A DNA stretch of 64,000 bases from Octopus vulgaris (GCA_951406725.2 OX597815.1:62372001-62436000), one strand, 5' to 3'; positions 12,200-26,529 are shown, numbered from the stretch's first letter. Notes: generated by a model from the sequence alone, not told the origin. Made by a program: numbers and translations.

Positions 12200-12905
12200 A
12201 ATAAATATAAATATGTATATACGTACAAACATGCATATATGATTAGGACCAATAAGAAAAAGCATGAACTGTCATCGAGATCAACTGTCCTGTTGATGTA
12301 TCTTTTTGAAAATCAAAAAATATAATAAATGAGGATAATAACAGATAACTGCTTCGAAACCCCCAGCTTATGTATCCAGATTATAAATTCACATTTATAC
12401 CAATAATAGTCGGTGCACTTGGTTCTGTATATAAATACCTGGATAATCTGGGGTACTCAGAAAAATGAATCAACCGACTTACTCGCACATTACAAATACA
12501 ATCTACAAGTGGAACAGTAAAAATATGCAAGACTTTTCCAGGGCTGTCGCTAAGCCCCTGCAACCCCTTCAGTCTTTTTATGTGTTGTATTTTAGAATCA
12601 CCGCAGCAGACTCTGCTGTTATGATTCTAAAATATAACAAGCTGTAAGGGATTATGCTTCATTTTTAAGATAATAAAGGTGCGTAGATTATGAATTTTGA
12701 TTGAAGAGATGGAGCCTCGAAACAAAAAGTTGCAGGGGGCCTCTAAAAGTCATGCAACGGCCCTGGACTTTTCTCCGGTTTAAAAAGTGATACTGTTTTT
12801 GTTAGCTACATTACAACAACGGAGTTTTGTATCTTTGTTTGAAACTAGGGCTTTCTTTCTCGGAAGGTATCAAAAAAATAAAAATAGGGAAGACCAAACA
12901 TACCT
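12200..12905 (+). mobile_element. Decayed R4-like LINE 3' end interrupted by a hAT MITE
   Basis: Reads QLMYPDYKFTFIPIIVGALG in the plus frame, then matches 930-1100 on both sides of the MITE. Confidence 0.7.
12539..12765. mobile_element. hAT-family MITE
   Basis: TIRs CAGGGCTGTCGC / GCAACGGCCCTG, with a perfect 8-bp TSD GACTTTTC at 12531-12538 and 12766-12773. Confidence 0.88.
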
Positions 12906-12909
12906 AAAC

Positions 12910-13630
12910 ATGAAGTGTAGATTCTCTTGCGCTCGTGACAGTTACATCACATCATATCTCGAAGTTTACACTTATGCAATCCAAAAGTACGTAATAGCTA
13001 CAAAATATCATACTTCTGCGAAGGATATAATGTATGCAATCAGTAGCTGCCCCAAAATGTCATCGAGGTACAATATATTGTGTTGCTAAAACAATATGCA
13101 ATTCCATCTGCAGAAAAGACTGTCCTGGGATAAATATAAACAACAGCCCCTAATCTAGAATACATACATATCAGCGAAAGGAATGTTGACAGAATATTCC
13201 CATCATGGCGTCTGTCAATGGCAAACATAACAAGTCGGATATAGTTATTTGAAATACGAAAGAAACTTATGGACAGTCATAGAGGTTATCTTCCCCTGTA
13301 AATGTGAATATCTCTTCCAAAAATCAGCGAGAAGATACCTATGAATAATTACTTCGAAACCTGCAGCTGCCCTAATTATAAATTGATATTTATACCAATA
13401 TGTTAGAAAATGTCTGAGCGACCGTTTGCAAGCCTAGACATTTCAAGCAAAGAGATAGGCTAACATGAACTTTATAGATACCATTTGTAAGTGGAACAAT
13501 AAAAATAAGCATCACTTGCTTAAAGCTTGATATGAAAAGATTATAAATGTTGCTGTCAAAATTTCAGTTTCTCAATTAGAAACCAGCTCCTTCCAGGAAG
13601 AATTCTGATACATAAAAGAAGCGAAGTCAT
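12910..13630 (+). mobile_element. Decayed R4-like LINE 3' portion
   Basis: YAIQKYVIATKY..ISSCPKMSSRY parallels the 10093-10407 ORF. It ends AAAAGAAGCGAAGT followed by CATACACACATACAT. Confidence 0.7.
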
Positions 13631-13793
13631 ACACACATACATAAACACATACATACATGCATACATTTAAGCATACATGCACACATGCGCACACAGGGAC
13701 ATAAATTCATATATATATATAGGTATATATATATGCACACATACATAAGTACATTTATATATATGTAGATATATATTCATATATATATGTATG

Positions 13794-13858
<65 letters not shown>

Positions 13859-13859
13859 G

Positions 13860-13904
<45 letters not shown>

Positions 13905-13908
<4 letters not shown>

Positions 13909-14003
13909 GACGGGCTTCTTTCAGTTTCCGTCTGCCAAATCCATTCACAAGGCTTTGGTCAGCCCGAGGGCTGTAGTAGAAGACACTTACCCAAGGTACC
14001 ATA
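13905..14003 (-). mobile_element. SINE family B fragment
   Basis: TACGACGGGCTTCTTTCAGTTTCCGTCTGCCAAATCC..GACACTTACCCAAGG. Confidence 0.85.
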
Positions 14004-14762
14004 CACATGTATATATATATATATATATATATATACATACATATATATATATATGCATATATACATACATACACACACACACACACATACACACACACAT
14101 ATATATATGAAATTAATATGGACAGCAGTAATCAATATTTTACCAAAAGGAAAACTATGAGTGTCAGTAAATATGACTACGGTGTTAGAAATACCTACAT
14201 TAATTAAAGTAAAAAAACACCCGATATCACCAATCGATTTTTTCGGACACTTACAGTCCCTATGTGCTTCGACTACGGCATTAGACCATTTTAGCTTTTA
14301 TTTCTAGCGATCTAGGTGTTTCTAACAACCTAGTTATATATATATATATATATATATGAAACATAGAATGTTCGTGTCTGTATGTGTGTGTGGGTGTGGG
14401 GGCGGATGTGTGTGTGTGTGTTATTGAATTTACACTTAATATGTGCAATAATCGAATGTTTAGTCTTGCAGTGAAATTAAGAGCTGAGGATAAACTATGT
14501 AGAAATTTGAATCGAACCAAAAGGTGTTATCTTCAAATAAAGACTTTCTGTTTGTGGCTTCGAGCCTTTTTATATGAAATATGAAAGACAGAGGTAAGCG
14601 ATGTCTGATGAGTCTCTAATGAAAGACAAAACTAGTCGATCCTGATGCTGATTTGATGTTGCAGACATCACAGTAGTTCGTTCGTTCATGGAGTCTATTT
14701 TCACAGCAGGAATAAATATCAGTTTGTTAAACATATGGTATTTGACTCTGGACTTACACACG

Positions 14763-14815
<53 letters not shown>

Positions 14816-14904
14816 TCCCTCTCTGTCATTCAAACACAAATACAAACATACGTACCGACTTGCGCGTGTGTATGTGCATATACATACATATATACATACA
14901 TTCA

Positions 14905-14964
<60 letters not shown>

Positions 14965-15241
14965 AGATATATATTTGCATATGTGTGTGCGTGCATGAAT
15001 ATGCTGCTGTATATATACACACATCCATATCTCCGGATGTTGGTTTTCTACGTGTATTTTCATTCCGTATTTCTGTCGCAGCTGTCTTTGTGCACTTATG
15101 TGTGTGTGTGCGTGTGTGTGTATATAATTCACATGTATGCGCTATGCAATGTCGGTTCCATTTTTGTTGTTATTGTCGTCGTTTTGGACGTCATTCTGTG
15201 AACCTGTACGCATCTGTATACATATCTCTATATGTGAGTGT

Positions 15242-15281
<40 letters not shown>

Positions 15282-15463
15282 ATGTCTGTGTAGGTGAGTG
15301 CTTGTGTCTATATGCGTATATAATTACGTGCTTCACTCTCTTGGCTGCACAAATCTTCAATCAACTTTGGTTAACCTTCGCGTCTCCCCCTTCTTCGTTA
15401 TTCCTCATTCTCTCTATTCATGTCAACCTCTCTGCATGTGTATGAATATGCGTATGCGCGCAT

Positions 15464-15512
<49 letters not shown>

Positions 15513-15797
15513 GCATATATATATTTTATATGTACACACACACAAGCACATACAAACACGTATACATTTATGTAGGCATCTATGTATGTATGTGTTTTTC
15601 ACTTTCTTACTCTTCCTCTGTGCACCATCATGGCGGCTCTTTCTGTAACTTCCGGCAGCCGGCAAAGCCAATACACTCGTTTATTGATTTGCTTCGAGCG
15701 TGACCTTTCACCTTCCACTCTACTCTCGCTGACCTCTCTCTCCCGGTAGCTTCAATCTAATTAGATGAACCTCAATCTCAAACTTCGCTTAACTAAG

Positions 15798-15854
<57 letters not shown>

Positions 15855-16412
15855 ACAGACACATACACACACACACACACACACACGCACACACATACAA
15901 GTAATAACTTTCACATACTCTCGCTCTCTCTTTCACTCTCTCTCCCCCTCTCTCTTTACTTTCATCACATCTACCTCTTTCCTACTCTCTTCTCTCTTTC
16001 TTAATTCTGTCTCTTCTTATCGAGCGTTCTCCCTCCCGCCCCGCTCTATCAATTATTATTTTTCACTTTCCCTACCCTTTTTCCATCCCCACCTCTCTCT
16101 CTCTCTCTTTCACTGCTTGCTTCGCTTTTTCTTGTGTTCCTCTTTCTTTCCATACCGCTCTACTTTCTCTCTTTGCTTTCCTTTCTCGCTTTTCTTTCTC
16201 TTTCCGACATTTCCTATCACTCTGCAACAACTCACACCACACGCTTTCACACACACTCCTTCAAACACACACGCACACACACACACATACACACACACTC
16301 ACAAACACACACGTACACAAGCACACACGCGTACACAAACGCGCGTGCGCACACTCACCACACACACACACCACACATTTTCACCATTCCATTCTCATTA
16401 GAAGGTTGACAC

Positions 16413-16452
<40 letters not shown>

Positions 16453-16517
16453 CTCTCTCTCTCTCTATCTCTCTCTCTGTCTCTCTATCTATCTATCTAT
16501 CTATCTATCTATATATC

Positions 16518-16596
<79 letters not shown>

Positions 16597-18158
16597 TTAT
16601 CTATCTATCTATTTATCTTCTTAGGTTCCATTACGCCGTTACTTGATTGGTAAGAAATAGTAACCAAATCTCCCGCAAATGACATTTCACTGTTTGAAGA
16701 AGGTAGACTACATCGAAAAGTATACTTCGAGACACATAACGACACTGGATGGCCGCGGCTGTAAAGTGTTTGATCATATACCTGTTTCATCAGGACCGAC
16801 TGTAATTACATTATAGTCTCTTCCTATTTCATTTTATCCACAAATTTTGTACATCAATCACTCTGACCCCTCTCTCTCCCCCCTCTCACCTTCTTCTTCT
16901 CTCTCTCTCACTTTCTTCTCCCTGTTTTCCGCCCTTCCCTTTTTCTCCTCTCTCCCTTCTCTACTCCTATCCTCATCCGCTTTCTGATATTTTTTCTCGA
17001 TTTTGTTTCTTTCGTTCAATTTTTCTTCTTCACATTGTTCTTGCTGTTTTTTGTGATTGTTATTAGTCAACATGTTACTCTATTCTTTTTGTTGTTGATG
17101 TTGTTGTTTCTCCTCCTCCTGCAATTATTATTCATTTCCACTTTCCTTACTACCATTATTGTTGTTGTTGTTGCTACTGTGATCGTCGCTAGCCGTTAAT
17201 GTTCACACCCCTCTTTACAATATCAAGTTTCGTTGTTCAACGCCACGAGTTCCACTCCCGCCAATATCAACTGTGTCTTCCATCCCTGTCTTGATTCCAT
17301 ACCACAAATACTCATAGTTCACGTAACCCATTCTGTCCTTAAATATTTCAGTAGGAACAAGATTTCTTTATGATCAGCTAACATTGTTCAAACGAGTAGC
17401 CTTTTATCTCTAATTCTTTGGAGGTATCCCTTGAAGTATTTCCCTCCACGACAATGCATTTGTTGTGTTCCACCAATTCGACATTACACTATCCTTTCAT
17501 TGTATGATGATATTTTGCTGTAGGAGCCTCTATAATCGATGCTTCTTGCCCTCTGGGATAGACAGCCTCGTTTAAACATTTTTCATTTCCCTTCTACTTC
17601 TAGCATAAGGGATGTCCACATAGTGGTCATCCCTCTCATATGTATATAATACAATTTTACTGAACCTTCAGATTTTTATATGCTGGACCACTGGTATGAA
17701 ATTAATGTTAATTAAATTAATATCAATTTCTCACCCTCATTTTAAATTCAAATTTAAATTAATCCGACAAAAGCCACCGCAGCAAATTATTTTCTGCAGT
17801 ATCATTTTTTCGGTAATTTAGCGCGCCAAAACGAAGACATTTGAATAGTAACCACGAGTGTAATAGGCAGAACTATATTCAGATCTGACTTTGTGCGAAC
17901 GTCCTAGTATATAGTTCTGCAAATTATATTTATTTGGACGGTCACACCGAAGATCTACGGACATTTACGTAAGTAAAATTACGTAATATGTTAATAGTGA
18001 AACATGTATGTGAATAATTCCTATTTTTATTGTTTTCTTTTGTCTTGCTCGATTACGTTTTGGTTGTTTTGCAAACTTTTTCTTGAGAACATTTCTTAGT
18101 GGTAAGACCATATTGGATCTACATCAAGCATAAGGGTTGTCCACACAGTGACCATCCC

Positions 18159-18194
<36 letters not shown>

Positions 18195-18198
<4 letters not shown>

Positions 18199-19020
18199 AA
18201 AACCAAATTTTACGTAGCGCTGCATGGATACATCAAATGTAAAAATACAACAAACGGAAATCGTCAAAACATAACGAGCAGGAAAAGGACGATAGCACAA
18301 CAACAGCAAACAGGACAAAACAAGATACACGGATCATTCGCAGCCAATTGCCTCTTCATTCGGAGTATGGAATGTCCACGTAGTTTCGCCCAATCCTCTC
18401 TGATACTACTTGAAACTAGCTGGGCCAAGAGCTTGAGCTGAAGGCATTAAACCCATGAGCAAGGCAAACGAATGTACATATACCAACACAAGGAAATAAC
18501 AAACAGAAAGGGTCTTTCGACTATAGTACGAACATAACATAAGAAATCGAATTATACATATACAGTGGTCAAAAAGCTTTGGGCTCCACAACAAAAATAA
18601 AACAACACAAACGGGGTCTTTCGACTATCAGACAGTGTAATAGGCTAGCGCAAGGAAAAAGGAAATGCGAAAATCTTAACTGACCGGGTAGCGAGACGGA
18701 ACAGAAGTGATTGACCTCAAAGGCAGTCAGTCGAAAAAGAACGACAACCGATCACGTGGTAGAGGAGGGGAGGAGTTGGAGAGGGCAGAGGGACTAAGGA
18801 ATAGGAGAGAGTGGAAGAAACCAGAGGGATCGAATAATAAGAGAGAGAGAGAGAGAGAGCGTGAGAGAGAGAAACAAGGTACAAGGGAGGGAAGGTGGGA
18901 AAGCAAAAGATATATATATATATTTATAACACACACGTTGGATAACACTGGGGGAAATCTGAAAGTGGACGAGCTTTATATTGTACTCCTCTACGTTCTT
19001 AACTATACCACGTTCTTACC
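18195..19020 (-). mobile_element. Probable Penelope-like remnant adjoining (TA)n
   Basis: 18325-18420 resembles 45245-45330 (GGATCATTCG..TCTTCA..TTTCG). It has the same TA-abutting layout as the hammerhead-bearing modules, but no clear protein motif. Confidence 0.35.
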
Positions 19021-19091
19021 CTAACTACACACACACGCACACACACATACACCTACACACACAGTAGTATTATTCAACAGTGAGATCCGTG

Positions 19092-19358
19092 GTGGATCTT
19101 TTCAATCTCAGTCACAGATTTTAAAATTAGTTTTTTAACTAAACAGTTTGAAACTTCGGATACTGGTTGAATGTGTCACGTAGAATACGGTTTACTCTCA
19201 ACACTTTTGACAAAATTTTGTATTTTAGAAGTTATTTCGTGTTTATGTTGTCGTATTTTGGTAATTTTAACCAATCAATGACGTGTATTCAGCTGAAGAA
19301 AGTTGCTGCTGTTTGCGAAAGTAATGGAAGAACAACAACTTCTGGGTCATCGGGTCAT

Positions 19359-19426
<68 letters not shown>

Positions 19427-20228
19427 AGAAAAGTATAAAAGATTAGAAAGGTGGGTAAGAAAAACAGAACGTTCTTTTATAGGAATATATCTGTGTGTGT
19501 GTGAGCGTGTGTATTTTTTCCATCTTATCCAATGTGTCCTCTCGTTTATATAATGTTAGCGTGTGACATTGAGAGAGATTTGGCTGTCATTTCCAGCAGG
19601 TCAAGCAACTATACATATTCTCACATTTTCTCACTCGCACATACACATACATGCACACATAAATACGTACACACACATATACATGCACACATACATATAT
19701 ATATATATATACATACATACTTACATACTTACATACACACACACAGGTACATACACACAAATATACATGTTTTAATCATTGATTTCAGTTAACTCGTTCA
19801 GTGATGGTGCCTAATTTTTTAACGTGACAAATCGTAGAGAGAGAGAGAGAGAGAACGGATAGAGCGGTGGTGTGTTGACGATCTGAACGACAGCTTATAT
19901 AAACTCACCAACTTCCTACCGCTGCATATTAATGTATTAAACTCTCAAGGTTGAAAAATGAATTTAAAAACAGATGACCTGGAAGTCGTTTCTCTTCCAT
20001 TACTTTCGCAAACAGCAGTAACTTTCTCAGCGGAATACACCTCATTCATTGGTTTAAATTACTCAAATACGACGACTTTAACACGAAATAACTTCTAAAA
20101 TACAAAATTTTGTCAAAAACGTTAAGAATAAACTGTGACACATTCAGCTAGTATCCGAAGTTTCAAACTGTTTAGTTAAAAAAAAATCAATTAAAAATCT
20201 GTGACTGAGATTGAAAAGATCCACAGTG
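19092..20228. mobile_element. Non-autonomous DNA transposon with TIRs of about 255 bp
   Basis: 19092-19350 (GTGGATCTTTTCAATCTCAGTCACAGATTTT..GGTCATC) is the reverse complement of about 19973-20224. The right end is CACAGTG. Confidence 0.85.
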
Positions 20229-20319
20229 GTATTATACCTACTGCCAGATTTGTGCTGGGGCTTCTGTAGTGTGTGAATGGTTAGTTGAATAAAATGGAGT
20301 CAACAAGAAGGGACACAGA

Positions 20320-20760
20320 GGAACATTTATTTGTAATCACTACAATTGTTTCCATGCAACGTAATTATCCCGGTTTGCAGGTATTTCTTATGTAACCGTT
20401 TCCCTGCATTATGAGATCATGTGTTTCATTAGGTAATATATGAATATGGTTTCTCTGTTCCGAAAACTCAAATTTTCGGCTTCTACCGCATCCTTTCTGT
20501 CTGTCGTGGCTATACGTGGTAGTAGTAACCACTTGGTATATAAAACTGAGTGTTGTGGCTGAAAGTCTGCTTGTGAATCTGCTTTAAATGTATAGATGGT
20601 GTGGGGGGGTGGCTATGCTAAGGATGGTAAGTATTGAAGTTCATATTAAAGAGAGTGCCAGCCTATTCCTTTGTACTGCTAATTCATTGTTCATGGCCGA
20701 TTACACTTGTAATTGCCATTGGCTGACCTTCAAGAATTCACGGGTCATTCAGTTGACAAA
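20320..20760 (-). mobile_element. Penelope-like 3' remnant with a degenerate hammerhead
   Basis: Minus strand reads ATTAC-CTAATGA..(long stem II region)..GAAA-CAATTG-TA-GTGAT at 20336-20437. Confidence 0.45.
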
Positions 20761-20985
20761 CCTATTTCTTTACTACCCACAAAGGGCTAAACACAGAAGG
20801 GACAAACAAGGACAGACAAACGGATTAAGTCGATTATATCGACCCCAGTGCGTAACTGGTACTTATTTAATCGACCCCAAAAGGATGAAAGGCAAAGTCG
20901 ACCTCGGCGGAATTTGAACTCAGAACGCAGCTGCAGACGAAATACCGTTAAACATTTCGCCCGGCGTGCTAACGATTCTGCCAGA
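20761..20985 (-). mobile_element. SINE family A, young copy
   Basis: Near-identical to 210-432. Confidence 0.9.
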
Positions 20986-21460
20986 TTCACGTATGTATAT
21001 ACACGCATATATACACATACACGCTCTTATCTATACATACATGCATGCGTACATGAATATACGTGACTACGACTTTACATACATACGCTCATGTATCTTA
21101 CATATACAAATTCATACACACACACACGTACATACATACATACATATCTGTATATACATATGTGTGTGTGTGTGTGTGTTTGTGTGTGTATATATATAAT
21201 AATATAAATAAAATATAAATACATGCATATATACATACATATATGTACATACCAACATATATATGTATATATACATGCATATATGGGTACAGGACATCAA
21301 AAAAAAAAACGTAGACAGAATGAGAAACGAGAACATATAAAACAGAAACATAGAAAACGAACTTTTTCGAACAACGAAAATAACAAACAGAGAAACGAGA
21401 CATGCAACATAAAGAACACTCCCTTCATCAGTTGTCCTCTGTTTTGTCTACTCCGCGTTT

Positions 21461-21854
21461 CGTTGCTATTATGCTAAACTGTCGTATGTCAAATTTGGCC
21501 AAATGGGATTTTTTTTTTCAATATTAAATTTTGCTTGCAATAACCGTTTTTTTTTTGGTCAAACTATCGTATCTCCAGCTGCTTCAGATGCCAAGACATG
21601 AAAATCGTCAAAGTGCAGTATAACGGCTTAGCATTTTTCGAAAGTGTAGTAAATCCCACATACGGCAGTTTTGTAAAAATATTTCTGAATGAAAACATCA
21701 TACATGTATGGAGTTACGATTTTATGTATCCAACAAAGTATTATTGTTAAGCTGAAACTGTTGCTAATGTAAAAAGAAATGGAATGGTGAAACTATTTTG
21801 TCGTTTTATGAAAAACCAATGTTTTAGACTTACGACACTTTTGTATAATAGCAA

Positions 21855-21857
<3 letters not shown>
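21461..21857. mobile_element. MITE with TIRs of about 30 bp
   Basis: CGTTGCTATTATGCTAAACTGTCGTATGTC versus GACTTACGACACTTTTGTATAATAGCAACG. Confidence 0.7.
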
Positions 21858-21917
<60 letters not shown>

Positions 21918-22109
21918 CATATAAGTTCAGTAAAATTTAGACTCAGATGAATATGGTACTTAAGTTAAAGGCACTAGAATTTAGTATGGTATTATCCATA
22001 TAATTCAAAATGGGGTAATTATAATCAAAATAAGCAACAAGGATATCCAGAGGTACTGGATATCCTTGTTGCTTATTTTGATTATATATATATATATATA
22101 TACATACAT

Positions 22110-22170
<61 letters not shown>

Positions 22171-22450
22171 TAATTTGTGGTAAATCATTTTACCTTTGCC
22201 CATATAATACAGTAAATGAATTGATTGCATCGCAATCCTTAACATTTATGTATTAAATTTGTTGGGTACTTCACTAGCAGTATATTGGATATATGTTATC
22301 CCATGGAGGGTTGCATTTACAACCCCTATCTCAATTTGTATATATATATATATATGTATATCATATACACACATGCGGCGCGTATGTATACATATACATA
22401 CGGGCACACATACACACACTCACGTATATACGTACACACCCATACATGCA

Positions 22451-22520
<70 letters not shown>

Positions 22521-22559
22521 GGATGTTCACTTATGACTGAAGAAAATCATCATTGACCT

Positions 22560-23770
22560 TTAAGAACATTGCACACTCACAAATTCTTATTTTACGCGTG
22601 TGGCTTTGCTGGTGATTACTGAACCCAGCTCTTGATAGACATACACGTATAGTCATATTTCAAATCAAGCCTATTCCATTCACTACACTGGTGATGTATT
22701 TTCGTGCGATTAGCTTACTTTTTGCATGAAAATGCATGTTTGTTCTTTCAAACACCTATTAACTTCCTTTACTTGTTTCCTCTATTGGTGGCGATGACAA
22801 GTATTGCTTTCTCTGTTGGCCTCCTTTATTTCACATACCTTCAACGAAAACTTTACACAGTCCTTAAACTGGTTTCTGTTGGAGAGGCTTTCCATATACA
22901 TTTCGCCATATTTGTTTAGGGATCTTCCAACCATTCAGCCGAACAAGGTGTCTAATCCAATATAAACAGTGCTTGTGTACCATTGCCTCAATGCTTAGGA
23001 CATAGTCTCTCATCAAGACCTCTGTTTGGAGTCCGCAAGAACCAGCCTACATTCACAATGTGTCTTAACACATCTCTGATGGAAGCGTTAAAGGATTCTT
23101 GTAAAGGGTCTATGTCTCACATAGACATATGTGATGTCATGTTAGGACCAGATAAGAGTCTCAAGAGCTCTGAAGGAATCGGTTACCTTCTGAAGCTTTA
23201 AAGATATTTATCACCCAGGGTGCAAGAACGGCTGGGTGTGCTGCCCAAGTTGATAAACTTTTTTACTACTTTCAGTACTGTGAATTCAACTAAGATGGGT
23301 GGTTTCACATATGGAACATCCCAAATGACTTGTCCAGGCTAATACTGAGTCCAAATGTCTTTCAAGATGCGGAAATATGATCCATGAGAATTCGCTTATC
23401 TTCAGTTTTATGAGCAACTAAGCCAAAAGAATATCTGCATAATACGAATAAGACTGAAAAACTTTCGAACTGGCAGCAAATTGAAGCAAGTTGAAGAGAT
23501 GACCAGACGTTCGGTGCCTTACATATATCTCAAAAGAGCAATCCGCATCACCTTGCTTGACACCATTCTCAATGTTCTAAATGTCACCATCAACATTGAC
23601 TCATTCCTCCATCTCACCATCAAAATGACAACTAAGTTTGTCGAGTATTCTTCACAGAGAGGCCTTATTCACAGTATCGAAGGCTTTGGTTAAATCAAAG
23701 AAAACTTAAACAAGATACATATTTTACCCATAGCACTTCATCTTCATCTGACCTGCTGTGAAAATGATAT
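22560..23770 (-). mobile_element. Decayed RTE (BovB-like) LINE reverse transcriptase region
   Basis: Minus strand gives VFFDLTKAFDTVN at about 23665-23705 and KKFINLGSTPSRSCTL at about 23215-23265. There are many stops and frameshifts. Confidence 0.75.
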
Positions 23771-23993
23771 TCATTGTTCTTTTACCAGATCAGAAGCAAC
23801 ATTGGAATTCAAATAGGCTGTTATTTACAAGCTATTTATTCAGGCGAGTATGAAGAATATTTACCAGAACCACGCCAGTGGCTGACAGAAGAGCAAAGCC
23901 TCACTCAACTCTGACTCTTTGTTCTTTATAGAGGGGAAGGATAATTTGCATCCTTCCGACTACGCTAATAAGCTGGTGAAGATTCCACCAAAG

Positions 23994-24038
<45 letters not shown>

Positions 24039-24994
24039 TATATATGTAAGTGTATGTCTGTGTGTAAGAGGGGTGATGTGTAGTTTGATACCAAACTTTA
24101 TTTACTAAGTGCAGATTTGAAATAATTTTTTCCAGCTTTGATGTCATACTTTGTTGATATTTTTGGCCTTATCCGAAATAGTTTTTCAGCCATAGATTCT
24201 ATGCCCTAGTCGTATTAGATTTATTTGTTTAAACTCTAAAATGGAATTACATGGGCATGTGAATGTTTGCGTGCTTATATATGCGTGTGTGTATGTTTTA
24301 TAATATATATATGAATACAAGTCAAAGAATAAGTATACACACACACAGATATATGTATACATACATTTGTGTGTAGAAAAAATAAGGAAAGTAATTGACA
24401 TGGGCCAGTGGCATATATAAATCTCTACATTAATTTAAGAATGTACTGAATACTATGAAGAGTAAATTTTAATTTACTGAAATTTCCCTGTAAGTTTGAA
24501 ATTTCCCTGTAAGAAAACATAAACCTAGAGGCAGTTGTCAACAACTTTAAAAAAAGAGGGGGAGATAACTTCAAAGAACATCATAAACATATATTTTCTA
24601 TTTTTCTCTCTCCAGCTTCAATGCAATATCCTTAACCGACACTGAATACATCGCCTGTTAACGTAATTAACCAAATTCATGTTATTGCCTTCTTTTAATT
24701 CTGCACATTATTGTTCACCAAAATATGCCTTTTTTTATGTGTAAAACTTTAAGCACCGACCTGCATTCTTGTCTGTATTCTGTATCCATGTTGTCAAAAA
24801 TACATAGATTATATAATTCAAACTTGAATGTACGAGAAATAGATGAAATGAAATACTTTCAAGGTGTAATAGAACCTCTATTACAAATACATTCGTCGGA
24901 AGCTTTTCCGATGCTGAGCCATGCAGTTTTACTACGCTCTGCTTTATTTATTGATTCTCTACACCTCTACTCATAGTCAAATAGTTTTGCCTTG

Positions 24995-25310
24995 TACCAT
25001 CACTAATCCACGCAGTTTCCACATACCACCTCTATATCTACACACTGTTTACATCTGTCATCACTGCTCCATGTAGTTTCCACTTACCATCTGAGACCAA
25101 TGCAATGTTTCCATGTACCAATTTCATGTACACAATGTTTTCCCTCACCACTTTCAATCCACACAATTTCCCATTTGTGCTCCAGACCCTTGCAGCATTT
25201 CCACTCACCACCCCTGACGCCTATAGCTTCCACCCAACACCACTAATCCACATATCTATTTACCACCAATCATCCACACTCAGAGTTTACATTCGCTATC
25301 ATTGATCCAT
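24995..25310. repeat. Diverged minisatellite, unit of about 28-30 bp
   Basis: Variants of CACCACTAATCCACGCAGTTTCCACTTA recur about ten times. Confidence 0.65.
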
Positions 25311-25725
25311 TCTGTGTGTATCTGGCAACATTCAAACATAACGAAAGTTCACTCGAAAAATAGATTACTTGTGAACGTGTTTCTGGGTTAGTCAGATATA
25401 GAGATGCTAGAAATACATCCTTATTCCAATATTCCCGTCATCAGCACAAGATTTCATTAAATTTAAATTTGGGAGCACTAAAAAATCGAACATACCCGTC
25501 TGATTTGAGTAACCTCAGATAAACCGTTCTCGACATCCAGTACGAACGAATTCAAAATATACGAATGCGGCTCTGCATCTTCCCCTGTCCACCCACGTGA
25601 GTTATAGAGCAACAAGAATTCGTAGTTTATTATCAGGGAGAGAATTTACCGTAAATGGTCCTTTTATATACTGAACACTGCTTGGTAAAATTATTAATTA
25701 CTAATTAATTAATTAATTTTACCCT

Positions 25726-25814
<89 letters not shown>

Positions 25815-26529
25815 CATATATATATATATCTTATCCTTATATCTATGCATATCTAACTCTCGCTGCCTTGGTTAATTGGGAGACAGATAAAGTCTGTTAC
25901 CCAAGCATTCAGAGCGTAAACAGAAAAAATAGTACAAGTTATCTTGGTCTGACGCTCTACCAATTGCAATGATCTATTCGACGCTGAATTGGTTGGTACT
26001 TTCTTTTTATGACGCTGAGGGGATGAAAGGCAATGTTATCTTCGATGAAATTTAAACTCTGAGCGCCGGGAGCTGGAAAAATGCCGTAAGGTGTTTTGTC
26101 CTACACTTTTTGGCCTACACGTCCATTTCACGGCTCAGTTTCAATTGAGAACGCAAAGATACGAAACTAAAAATAAGATAATTCGTCTGGCACTCTTTTT
26201 TATTTTCTACCCTAACAGCTGCGTGTACTCGAGGTATGGAGCTGTACACGTGTATGGCATTGAAGTTCCCTCTTGCTGTGGTCAATATATTTTTACAGTA
26301 GAGATTTTCCTTATATGTCGATCACTTTCTTTGCTGAGCGGGTCATGACGCCAGGTCATATAATATTGCTATTGTATTCAACGACGGCCCTCAATTGGTT
26401 GACAACTGTAGCAGAAGAAACATTCAATATAGCAGAAGCATCGTTGCTACGGATAATGACGTTACTGTTGTTGTTGTTGGTGGTGATGATTTTGTTGAAT
26501 AGGGTTTTAACAGCAGATCCTTGGTTGTG

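Noticed and set aside
24995-25310. Periodic repeat of about 29 bp superficially like a CRISPR array
   Set aside because: No identical repeats with unique spacers, no cas genes and a eukaryotic context. It is a diverged minisatellite.
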